Below, piece after piece: positions 1-9,526 of a DNA stretch of 26,438 nt. A program made the translations under genes and the position numbers. The notes beneath the pieces were generated by a model. It ran no database searches, had not been told where the DNA came from, and worked only from the letters and a program-made list of their open reading frames with translations. The stretch spans positions 31,582 through 58,019 of the forward strand of contig CAXTKV010000004.1 in assembly GCA_964244895.1 (NCBI GenBank), given 5' to 3'. The first letter of the stretch is position 1, and each line of letters starts with the position of its first letter. This DNA comes from an uncultured Deinococcales bacterium (GTDB taxonomy: Bacteria > Deinococcota > Deinococci > Deinococcales > JAAFIG01).

Positions 1-1
1 G

Positions 2-1819
2 GCGTCCGCGCCCGAGGCTGCCTCGTCGACGGAACCCGTCCCGGTCAGCTCCGACGAATCCGCTCCCGACCCGACTTCCAGCCCGGAACTCGAGCAACCG
101 AACCCGAGCGAGGCCGCGCCGGGGACACCGTCCCAGACGCAAGACGTATCAGGAACACCGTCCCAGACGCAGGAAACACCGTTGAAAGTCTCAGACAGCC
201 TGGACGGGGTGTTCCTACCGGAAGAGGAATACCCGTCAAAGGCGGCCAACGCGGTCGTCGGCACGGACAACCCGACCTTAGAGCTGCCTCCGCACGATCC
301 GCAAGTGGCGGGCGCGCTCGAGGAACTGACGGAAGCGCCGCAACACACAGAACCCGTTCAGGCGCAAACCATTCACCTGGAGCGCGGCGAGTACACCGTC
401 ACGGGCAAAGATGCCTTCGGGCGCAGCATTGCCACCGGACCGGACGGCGTAGAAGTGCTGATCGTGTCGTACCGAGGCGGGCCGGAAGTCACGCGGGCGC
501 TCTACCCTCACCCGATGCTGCCCGCGCTCCTGGACGCCGGAACCGACGATGCGGGCTTGACGCTGATCGCGCATCCGCGCCTCGAGGGGCGAACCCTCGA
601 GGCCGTCATGCGCGAGCGCGACCTGGACGGGGTGGGCCGCGTGATGGTCGACCTGGCGCGCTTCAACCGTTACCTGGTGGCTCGAGGTTTCGCGCTGGTC
701 GGGCTCGAACCGCGCGACATCCTGGTTCAGCCGACGCGCTTCGCGAGGCTGCCCTCGGTGCGCCGCATCGGTGAGGACGCGCCCGCCGAAGCCCCGCGTT
801 ACGCCTCACCGGAACGCACCGCCGGACGGCCCGTCAAGGGCGACGAGGGCGCGTACACGCTCGGGGCGCTGCTGTACCACGCCGTCACCGGCCAACCGAT
901 CCCGGAAGGCGAGATGCCCAAGGATTTCCCGCAGCGCCCCGGCGTGCCGCAGGCGCTCAGCGCGATGCTCTCGCCGCCGCCGGGACGCGCCAGCCCAGGC
1001 GAAACGCTCGAGTTGCTGTCCCACCTGTCCAGCAGCCTGGCCTCGCGGCAACGCTGGCGCGTGGCGGGCGCGAGCTCGGTCGGGCTGAACCCGGATCGGC
1101 CCATGAACGAGGACGCCTGCGGTTGGCGGCTCGAGGCGGCGCTCGGTCACATCGGGCAGGAGCGGCGCGTGATCGCTTGCGTCTCCGACGGCATGGGCGG
1201 CATGGCGCGCGGCGAGATCGCGTCCACGGCAGCGGTCGAACGCTTCATGGAAACCAAGCTCGAACCCGGCGCGATGCCCAGCACCGAACTGGTGCGCGAA
1301 CGCGTCATGGACGCCAACCGACGCGTCTCCGAGGCGCTCGAGGGCAAGGCGGGCGGCTGCACCTTCACCGGATTGATCGCGGATGGTCCGAACGCGTACA
1401 TCGGGCACGTCGGTGACACGCGCGCGTACCACATCTCGAGCCTCCACAAGACGGTCGCGCAGATCACCGAGGATCACTCGATGGTCGCGATGCTGGTCAA
1501 GATGGGCGTGATCGACGCGGGGAGCGCCCACGGTCACCCCGATTCCAACAAGGTCACGCGCGCGCTGGGTTCCAACCGCGAGATTCAACCCGAGTACGTG
1601 GACGTGTTCACCGTCACGATGGGACACGACGACCACATCGTGATCGTCTCGGACGGCGTTTGGGGGGCGCTCGAACCCACGGAATTCGACGCCATCGCCC
1701 TGGAGGATCTGGGCGTGCAAGACATGGCGGACAAATTCGTGCGCTCAGCCCTGCAGGCCGGTTCCAGCGACAACACCACCGCCGTGGTGCTCGAGTACGA
1801 GGAGCGGGAACCGCTGTGA
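2..1819 (+). CDS. 5'-truncated fusion: Pro/Ser/Glu-rich N-terminus + degenerate Ser/Thr kinase-like domain + PP2C/PPM phosphatase
   Basis: Frame is open from base 2 (ASAPEAASSTEP...), so TTG 182 is probably not the true start. PPM motifs NEDA, VSDGMGG, GHVGDTRAY, VSDGVW, DNTT. Kinase-like remnants HPMLPALLD, LEPRDIL, YASPE, YTLGALLYHAVTGQP. Confidence 0.88.
   Translation, partial: ASAPEAASSTEPVPVSSDESAPDPTSSPELEQPNPSEAAPGTPSQTQDVSGTPSQTQETPLKVSDSLDGVFLPEEEYPSKAANAVVGTDNPTLELPPHDPQVAGALEELTEAPQHTEPVQAQTIHLERGEYTVTGKDAFGRSIATGPDGVEVLIVSYRGGPEVTRALYPHPMLPALLDAGTDDAGLTLIAHPRLEGRTLEAVMRERDLDGVGRVMVDLARFNRYLVARGFALVGLEPRDILVQPTRFARLPSVRRIGEDAPAEAPRYASPERTAGRPVKGDEGAYTLGALLYHAVTGQPIPEGEMPKDFPQRPGVPQALSAMLSPPPGRASPGETLELLSHLSSSLASRQRWRVAGASSVGLNPDRPMNEDACGWRLEAALGHIGQERRVIACVSDGMGGMARGEIASTAAVERFMETKLEPGAMPSTELVRERVMDANRRVSEALEGKAGGCTFTGLIADGPNAYIGHVGDTRAYHISSLHKTVAQITEDHSMVAMLVKMGVIDAGSAHGHPDSNKVTRALGSNREIQPEYVDVFTVTMGHDDHIVIVSDGVWGALEPTEFDAIALEDLGVQDMADKFVRSALQAGSSDNTTAVVLEYEEREPL
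124..214. repeat. Palindromic-repeat arms embedded in coding sequence
   Basis: GACACCGTCCCAGACGCA (124-141), GAACACCGTCCCAGACGCA (153-171), AAACACCGT (about 174-182) and right-arm-like CTGGACGGGGTGTTC (200-214); same arm as 16045-16061. Confidence 0.8.
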
Positions 1820-1971
1820 GAAGCTGGTCACAGGTCAACGGTCTCGGGTCACGGGTCGCTTCGAGGGGCAGCTCGAGCGCGCTGCCGATACGGGCTCCTC
1901 GCACCGGAAGCCCCACGATCCTGGCGCTTTTTTCTCACGCAATCAAAGCCGGGTTGAGGGTAGACCCATTC

Positions 1972-2035
1972 GAGAATATCGTCCCAGACGCCCTTTTTCC
2001 GATTATGAAGAACGTCGTGCTGGACGATGTTTCTC
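1972..2035. repeat. REP-like palindromic element (variant)
   Basis: GAGAATATCGTCCCAGACG...CGTGCTGGACGATGTTTCTC; both arms carry the ATCGTCC/GGACGAT variant. Confidence 0.8.
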
Positions 2036-2104
2036 AACTTCGAGGCGCTACGGTAGACTCTCTGGCGTGCCCTCGACGCCCACTGACTCGAGACCCGTGA
2101 CCCC

Positions 2105-3787
2105 ATGATCGTCTGCCCTTACTGCGGAACCACCAACGACGACAACGCCACCACCTGCCGCACCTGCGGCGCTTCACTGACGGGCGCGAAATTCCCGACG
2201 GCGCTGCCCATCGGCACGAAACTGCAATCCGGCAAGTACCTGATCGAAAGCGTCATCGGGCAGGGCGGATTCGGCATCACCTACAAGGCCAAATCGACCG
2301 CGCTGGGCATCCCGGTCGTGGTCAAGGAATTCCACCCGCAGGGCGCGACCCGCGCGGGTGCGAGCCTCAGGCCGCCCGGAACGCTGACCCAACAGGACTT
2401 CATTGCCGCCCGAGACAAGTTCGCCGACGAGGCGCGCGTGGTCGCGCAACTGACCTACGCCACGCCCAACCCGAACATCGTGCGCGTCTACGACGTGTTC
2501 ACCGAAAACGACACGGAATACTACGCGATGGAATTCCTGGACGGCAAACCGCTCTCGAAGGTCGTCGAGACGCAAGGCCCGTTCCCGGAAGCGGACGTGC
2601 TGACCATCGCCGCGCAACTCGTCAACGCCCTGACGGAAGTTCACGCGGCGGGCCTGCTGCACCGCGACATCAAACCCGACAACATCATGATGGTGGCGCG
2701 CGGAGCCGTGCTGATCGACTTCGGCAGCGCCCGCGCGATCGCGGCGGGCGGCCACCAGAGCATCATCGTCACACCCGGTTACGCGCCCCTCGAGCAGTAC
2801 GCGTCTGAAGCCAAACGCGGCCCGTTCACGGATGTTTACGCGCTCGGCGGGACGCTTTTTTTCACGCTGACCGGCCAGGAACCCGTGCCCGCCACCGACC
2901 GCGCCAGCGGCGTCAAACAACCCACGGCCAGAGATGTCAACTCGAGAATTTCCAAGGGCATGTCGGACGCCATCGACCGCGCCATGCGCATGAAGATCGA
3001 CGAGCGTCCGCAGACCGCCGCCGCGTTCCTGGCCGACCTTCAAAAATCCGTCGGCAAGCTGCCCGCCAGCACCATCGGGCAAGCCAAGAACTTCCCGACC
3101 AAAACCGCGCCGACCCCCGCGCCACCACCCATGCCCAAAGCCAACGCGCCCATCCAGAACCCCATCCCGATCTCACCTCAGAACCCACCTCAGAACCAAG
3201 CGCCCTACCGTCAGCCCCCCGCTCCTGGTCTGGGCCTGCCCACCCCGAACGCGCCTGGCCCGAGGCCCGCGCAAGCCAGCACCTCGAGCAACCTGGTGCT
3301 GGGATTGTTCGTGATCTTCGGCGCGATGATCCTGCTGGGCGAACTTGGGTACTTGCCCAACCAGGTCGCGGTGGCCGGATTTTACCTGGTGGTGCTGCTG
3401 GCCGCGTACCTGCTGATCCAATGGCTGGTATTCACCCGCACCGGGCAGGTGATTTTGTTCCTGGTGGTGCTGGCGGCTGCCGCCGCGTACTACTTTTACT
3501 CCCAGGGCGCGTTCGGCGCGACCGGGAGCACCGCGCCGAACCCCGCCGACCTGAACGCCCGACAGTACGCCGAAACGGTGCTCCTGAAGGCATCGCAGCG
3601 TTACGCGCTGAACCCGTCCCTGCCGACCAGTTGCACCACGGGCTTGAACCTGAACGGTCAGATCGTGGTTTCCGCGCCCCTGAACATCACGGGTTGCTCG
3701 ATTGTGACCAGCAACGCCGGGAAGAACATTCGGGTGCAGGTGACGTACTCGGGTGGCACGTCGAACGCGTGGGCTGTCGGACGCTGA
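2105..3787 (+). CDS. Hanks-type Ser/Thr protein kinase with N-terminal zinc ribbon, Pro-rich linker, about 3 TM helices and a small 2-Cys C-terminal domain
   Basis: CPYC..CRTC ribbon; GQGGFGITY, VVVKE, HRDIKPDN, DFG, GYAPLEQ, DVYALG; three hydrophobic stretches after the Pro-rich linker. Confidence 0.95.
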   Translation: MIVCPYCGTTNDDNATTCRTCGASLTGAKFPTALPIGTKLQSGKYLIESVIGQGGFGITYKAKSTALGIPVVVKEFHPQGATRAGASLRPPGTLTQQDFIAARDKFADEARVVAQLTYATPNPNIVRVYDVFTENDTEYYAMEFLDGKPLSKVVETQGPFPEADVLTIAAQLVNALTEVHAAGLLHRDIKPDNIMMVARGAVLIDFGSARAIAAGGHQSIIVTPGYAPLEQYASEAKRGPFTDVYALGGTLFFTLTGQEPVPATDRASGVKQPTARDVNSRISKGMSDAIDRAMRMKIDERPQTAAAFLADLQKSVGKLPASTIGQAKNFPTKTAPTPAPPPMPKANAPIQNPIPISPQNPPQNQAPYRQPPAPGLGLPTPNAPGPRPAQASTSSNLVLGLFVIFGAMILLGELGYLPNQVAVAGFYLVVLLAAYLLIQWLVFTRTGQVILFLVVLAAAAAYYFYSQGAFGATGSTAPNPADLNARQYAETVLLKASQRYALNPSLPTSCTTGLNLNGQIVVSAPLNITGCSIVTSNAGKNIRVQVTYSGGTSNAWAVGR

Positions 3788-3823
3788 GTCTCGGGATTGG
3801 GCTCCAGGGATCGGCAGCGCTCG

Positions 3824-3848
3824 AGGGCGAACCCTGTGTTCGCCCTAC
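3824..3848 (-). repeat. GTAG-type REP hairpin
   Basis: Minus strand reads GTAGGGCGAAC-ACAGG-GTTCGCCCT: GTAG tetranucleotide plus a perfect 9-bp stem. Confidence 0.6.
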
Positions 3849-3900
3849 GAGAACACCGTCCGACACGCATTCTCGAGTTCGCGTGCTGGACGGTGTTCTT
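3849..3900. repeat. REP-like palindromic element
   Basis: GAGAACACCGTCCGACACGC-ATTCTCGAGTTC-GCGTGCTGGACGGTGTTCTT between the convergent kinase and tyrS stops. Confidence 0.9.
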
Positions 3901-3905
3901 GAATT

Positions 3906-5246
<1,341 letters not shown>

Positions 5247-5297
5247 TCAGTCTTGCTCGAGAATCGCGACGTGAGAGACGAAAGGGTTTCGCGGCGA

Positions 5298-5355
5298 CCC
5301 CTCCGTCATCGGCCAAAACCGGGCTGATGACACCTCCCCTATTGCACAGGGGAGG
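5298..5355. repeat. Double-hairpin CCTCCCC/GGGGAGG-type element
   Basis: CCCCTCC, then GTCATCGGCC/GGCTGATGAC stem (5305-5331), then CCTCCCCT/AGGGGAGG stem (5333-5355). Confidence 0.55.
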
Positions 5356-5365
5356 ACGAGATCAT

Positions 5366-5414
5366 GAACACCGTCCGGCACGCAGTTCCCGAGAACGCGT
5401 CCTGGACGGTGTTC
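5366..5414. repeat. REP-like palindromic element
   Basis: GAACACCGTCCGGCACGC...GCGTCCTGGACGGTGTTC(TCGAG), just past the stop of the 5431 gene. Confidence 0.9.
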
Positions 5415-5430
5415 TCGAGGATCATCAGTT

Positions 5431-6510
5431 TCAGCGCAGCGCGCCTTCCATCACGATGGCGTGCGGAACGGGACGGGATGGCACGCCGTCCCAGTGGCGT
5501 CCGACGGCCAGCGTGCGCCCGGCGTAGACCAGCGACGTGGAGTACCCGGAATCGAGCAGGACGGCCTCGAGCGCACCCGCCGCGACCGCCGCCCGAGCCA
5601 GATCGGTGGTGGAGGCCGGATCGAGCGAGGCGCCCGCCAGCGCCTGACCGTCGGCGGTGAACCCGAAGAACACGCGTGGGCGGCGGTCGTTGGCATCTCT
5701 GGGTGGGCTGGGTTCGGTTCTGGGCGTGGCGCGTCCGTCGTGAACCATCCAGACGCCACCGACGAATGCGTCCGTGGCGTCTGGGATCAGCCAGCGCAGG
5801 TGCTGGCGGTCGTTCAATCGGGCGTGGAACGGTGCGATAGCGATGCGAGTCGCGTTCCAGACGACCAGCGGGCGACCCTCGATGCGCGCCAGGATCGAGG
5901 CGTCGCGTTCCGCGTAAAACCGTGCGGTCACGCTGGCCTGAGCGCGCCACGAGGCGCGCACCGCGTGCGGCACGAAGGCCGCCATGACCGGGCCGACCAT
6001 CGTGCTGTCCGTTCCGTCCAGGGCGGCGTTGGTGAAGAACCCGCCGTTGATGCCCGCCGCGCCGCCGTCTCGCGACACGAAGTCCGCGACGCTGCCGCGA
6101 GCGTCCGAAAGCCAGCTTCTGGGTCGTCCGCCGCGCGTCAAGACCAGGCGCACACCCGTTTCCTGGTGCATCTCGAGATTGACGGGGGTCGCGTTCAGGT
6201 CGTGAATGGTGCGCTCTCGCATCAGCGCAAGCCAGTCTCTGGCTTGCGCCGAGGGCGTCCAGCCTGGGCCGGGACGGTACTGATCGAGGGTTTTCCAGAG
6301 CGAGGTCTCGAGCGGCAGGCTCGAGTCGCGCAGGGCGCGGTGGATTTCCGCGTCGGACAGCCTTCTGGTTTCGCTGAGCGCCATTTTCCAGTGCGCGCCC
6401 GCCACCACCATCAGGCAGAATCCTGCCGCGACGATCAGCGCCAGGCCGATCCAGTACGCGGCCTCCCGCTCGCCGTTCCCCGGTGCGCCGCGAGAAAATG
6501 AGGAGGTCAC
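5431..6510 (-). CDS. Membrane-anchored phosphodiester glycosidase (NAGPA)-like protein
   Basis: N-terminal TM (YWIGLALIVAAGFCLMVV); GINGGFF, MVGPV, GRPLV, AVLLDSGYSTSL, RPVPHAI motifs. Start uncertain (GTG 6510 chosen; frame open to 6603). Confidence 0.65.
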   Translation of the reverse strand: MTSSFSRGAPGNGEREAAYWIGLALIVAAGFCLMVVAGAHWKMALSETRRLSDAEIHRALRDSSLPLETSLWKTLDQYRPGPGWTPSAQARDWLALMRERTIHDLNATPVNLEMHQETGVRLVLTRGGRPRSWLSDARGSVADFVSRDGGAAGINGGFFTNAALDGTDSTMVGPVMAAFVPHAVRASWRAQASVTARFYAERDASILARIEGRPLVVWNATRIAIAPFHARLNDRQHLRWLIPDATDAFVGGVWMVHDGRATPRTEPSPPRDANDRRPRVFFGFTADGQALAGASLDPASTTDLARAAVAAGALEAVLLDSGYSTSLVYAGRTLAVGRHWDGVPSRPVPHAIVMEGALR

Positions 6511-6679
6511 ACCCCGTTCTAGCGGCTTGTCGTCATCAAAGATTCTGCGTTCTGTGACGGCAGTGTCAAGCCCGGTGGCACAAAACGCCCCGCACAACAG
6601 CACCGTACTGCGCGCAGTTTCAAATGGTGCGTCCAGCGCGGTGTTCTCATCGCGGCAACCGATGCGCGAGGCGCGAAGG

Positions 6680-6685
6680 TAGAAT
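6680..6685 (+). promoter_or_regulatory. -10 box, putative leaderless promoter of mutS
   Basis: TAGAAT 7 nt before GTG 6693; no clear RBS. Confidence 0.5.
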
Positions 6686-6692
6686 GATTCGC

Positions 6693-9293
6693 GTGTCCCT
6701 GAAAGGTTCCGGTTCCGGCGTCCTGCCGCCCTTGCTCGAGCAGTACGTCAAATTGCGCGATCAGTACGCGGAGTACCTCTTGCTTTTTCAGGTCGGTGAT
6801 TTCTACGAAACTTTCGGCGAGGACGCGGAACGCTTCGCGCGGGCGGTCAACATCACGTTGACGCACAAGTCCAGCAAGGATTTCGTGACGCCGATGGCGG
6901 GCATCCCGATCCGCGCGGCGGACGCGCACATCGAGCGGTTATTGAAGCTGGGCTACCGGGTCGCGGTGGCCGATCAGGTCGAAGATCCCGCCACGGCGCA
7001 GGGCCTGGTGGAGCGCGAGGTCACGCAACTGATCACGCCCGGAACCGTGCAGGACGACGCGATTCTGCGCGGCGAGGAGAACTTCCTGGCGGGCGTGGCC
7101 AGCGGCGACGGCTACGGGCTGGCGCTCCTGGACGTGTCCACGGGCGAATTCAGGTGCTGTCACGTCTCGAGCCGATTGGCTTTGTACGACGAACTGGCGC
7201 GCTACAGGCCAGCCGAGGTGCTGCTCGCGCCGGAGCTGTCCGAAAACGCGGCGTTCTCGGGCGAGTTCGGGGCTCGCTTCCGCGCGATGCGTTCCAGCGC
7301 GAGTTTCGATTCCGCCGATGCGCAGGCCGCCCTCGAGAAGCAATTCGGGGCTGTACCCGCCGGGCTCGAGCCCGTTCGCGCGAGCGACACAAGCGGTCAC
7401 GAGGGCATCCTGAGGGCCTGCGGAGCCGTGCTGGCCTACGCCATGCGCGTCAACGAGGATCGGGCGTTGCCCGCCGTGCGCCGACTGGTGCGCTACGATC
7501 CGGGCGCGCAGATGCGATTGGACGAAACCGCGCTGCGCGCCCTCGAAATCTTCGAGCCGATCAGCCCGAACGCGCCCAGCGACGCGACGCTGTTCGGGGC
7601 GCTCAACCTGACGCGCACCGCGCCCGGACGCCGCAGGCTGAAAAGCTGGTTGCGCTCTCCCCTGCTGGACGTGAACATGATCGAGGAGCGGCTCGAGGCC
7701 GTCGAAGCCCTCTACCGCGACACGCCCACTCGCCAGAGCGTGCGCGCCAGCCTGTACAAATCTCACGACCTGGAGCGCCTGGCGGCGCGCGTGGCGTCCG
7801 GGCGGGCCAACGCGCGCGATCTGGTGGCGCTCAGCCGGACGCTCGATCTGGTGCCGGAGCTCAAAGACGCGATTCTGGGTTTCGAGGCGCGCTTGCTGCG
7901 CGACCTCTGCTCCAGGCTCGATCCCGTGCCGGACGCCGCCGACCTGGTGCGCGCGGCCCTGCTCGAGACGCCGCCGCTCCGCTTGACCGATGGCGGACTG
8001 GTGCGCGATGGCTTCGACGCGGAACTCGACAGTCACCGCAAGAGCGCGCTCGAGGGGCGCGGCTGGATCGCGGCGCTCGAGGAATCGGAGCGCGCCAGAA
8101 CGGGCATCACGTCGTTGAAAGTCGGGTTCAACAACGTCTTCGGGTACTTCCTGGAAGTCACCAACGCGCACCGCGAGCGCGTGCCGGACGATTACAAACC
8201 CGTGGCGACCCTCAAGGATCGGCAGCGTTACACGCGCCCGGATCTGCGCGAGCGCGAGCGCCAGGTCTTGCACGCCGAGGAGCGCGCCCGAGGCCGCGAG
8301 TACAGCGTGTTCCTGGAGCTTCGCGGCAACCTGGCGTCCTACACGGAGCGCTTGCAACTGCTGGCGGGCGCGCTGGCGGAACTGGACGTGCTTTCCAGTC
8401 TGGCGGAAGTGGCCGCCGAGCGCGGTTACGTGCGTCCGAGCATCCTGGAATCCGGCGCAGTCCAGATCGAGCAAGCCCGCCACCCGGTCGTGGAGACCGC
8501 GCTGGTCGGGTCAGACTTCGTGCCCAACGACATCCGATTGTCCGAAACCCAACGCGTGACGCTGATCACCGGGCCGAACATGAGCGGCAAGAGCACGTAC
8601 CTGCGCCAGACCGCGCTGATCGCGCTGATGGCTCAAATTGGTTCGTTCGTGCCCGCCAGAAGCGCGCGCACTCGGGTTTTCGACCGGATCTACACCCGCA
8701 TCGGCGCGAACGACGACCTGGCGGGCGGCGCGTCCACCTTCATGGTCGAGATGCGCGAACTCGCACAGATCCTGCACGGCGCGAGCCAGCACAGCCTGGT
8801 GATCCTGGACGAAGTCGGGCGCGGCACCAGCACCTTCGATGGGCTGGCCATCGCCTGGGCCGCCTGCGAATTCCTGCACGCCACGGGCGCGGTCACGCTC
8901 TACGCCACGCACTATTTTGAACTGACGGCCCTCGAAGGCAAGCTGCCCGGCGTGGTCAATTTGCACGTCGCCGCGCAGGAGGAAGCGGCGCTCTCGAGCG
9001 CGCTGGGAACGACCGGTGGCCTGCGCTTCTACCATCAGGTCATGCCCGGCCCCGCCAGCAAGTCCTACGGCGTCCAGGTCGCGCGACTGGCGGGCCTACC
9101 GCCCGAGGCGATCGCTCGAGCGGAATCCTTGCTGCGCGGCTTCGAGGCCAGTTCCGCCGACCGCGCCCAGAGCGTGGCGCACGAATTGCTGGCGCTCGAT
9201 CTCTCGAGGTTGACGCCGTTGCAGGCGCTGCAAACGCTAGAGGATATGCGAGAGAAGTTGCGCGGGCTCGAGACGCAGAAATCCGGGAGTTGA
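6693..9293 (+). CDS. mutS: DNA mismatch repair protein MutS (MutS1)
   Basis: FQVGDFYE mismatch-binding motif, ITGPNMSGKST Walker A, STFMVEM, ILDEVGRGTST, ATHYFEL, SYGVQVARLAGLP. Start GTG 6693 or ATG 6684. Confidence 0.98.
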   Translation: MSLKGSGSGVLPPLLEQYVKLRDQYAEYLLLFQVGDFYETFGEDAERFARAVNITLTHKSSKDFVTPMAGIPIRAADAHIERLLKLGYRVAVADQVEDPATAQGLVEREVTQLITPGTVQDDAILRGEENFLAGVASGDGYGLALLDVSTGEFRCCHVSSRLALYDELARYRPAEVLLAPELSENAAFSGEFGARFRAMRSSASFDSADAQAALEKQFGAVPAGLEPVRASDTSGHEGILRACGAVLAYAMRVNEDRALPAVRRLVRYDPGAQMRLDETALRALEIFEPISPNAPSDATLFGALNLTRTAPGRRRLKSWLRSPLLDVNMIEERLEAVEALYRDTPTRQSVRASLYKSHDLERLAARVASGRANARDLVALSRTLDLVPELKDAILGFEARLLRDLCSRLDPVPDAADLVRAALLETPPLRLTDGGLVRDGFDAELDSHRKSALEGRGWIAALEESERARTGITSLKVGFNNVFGYFLEVTNAHRERVPDDYKPVATLKDRQRYTRPDLRERERQVLHAEERARGREYSVFLELRGNLASYTERLQLLAGALAELDVLSSLAEVAAERGYVRPSILESGAVQIEQARHPVVETALVGSDFVPNDIRLSETQRVTLITGPNMSGKSTYLRQTALIALMAQIGSFVPARSARTRVFDRIYTRIGANDDLAGGASTFMVEMRELAQILHGASQHSLVILDEVGRGTSTFDGLAIAWAACEFLHATGAVTLYATHYFELTALEGKLPGVVNLHVAAQEEAALSSALGTTGGLRFYHQVMPGPASKSYGVQVARLAGLPPEAIARAESLLRGFEASSADRAQSVAHELLALDLSRLTPLQALQTLEDMREKLRGLETQKSGS

Positions 9294-9298
9294 TCTCG

Positions 9299-9348
9299 AG
9301 AACACCGTCCAGCACGCATATCTAAATTCGCGTGCTGGACGGTGTTCT
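9299..9348. repeat. REP-like palindromic element (perfect 19-bp arms)
   Basis: AGAACACCGTCCAGCACGC-12 nt-GCGTGCTGGACGGTGTTCT, 5 nt after the mutS stop, with CTCGAG overlapping its left end. Confidence 0.95.
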
Positions 9349-9403
9349 TCAGATTCACGCATCTCGAGAAGCCGCGCATGAATTGGTGATTGGAGGTTCC
9401 ACC

Positions 9404-9526
9404 GTGACCGCAGGAGTGCAACTGAAGAACGCCAGCGAGGAAGTTGAGCCCGCACCAGCCATCGTACACGCGCCCTACAGCGCCCAACCCGGCGGGATCG
9501 CAGCGTTCCTGGGGTTCGCGCCGTGA
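9404..9526 (+). CDS. Putative 40-aa small protein
   Basis: GGAGG (9392-9396) 7 nt before GTG 9404; its stop overlaps the GNAT start (GTGA). Confidence 0.4.
   Translation: MTAGVQLKNASEEVEPAPAIVHAPYSAQPGGIAAFLGFAP

Noticed and set aside
7154..8920. Long alternative-frame and antisense ORFs over mutS (and similar ones over other genes)
   Set aside because: Arg/Ala/Gly-rich shadow ORFs expected in high-GC DNA; no recognisable motifs.
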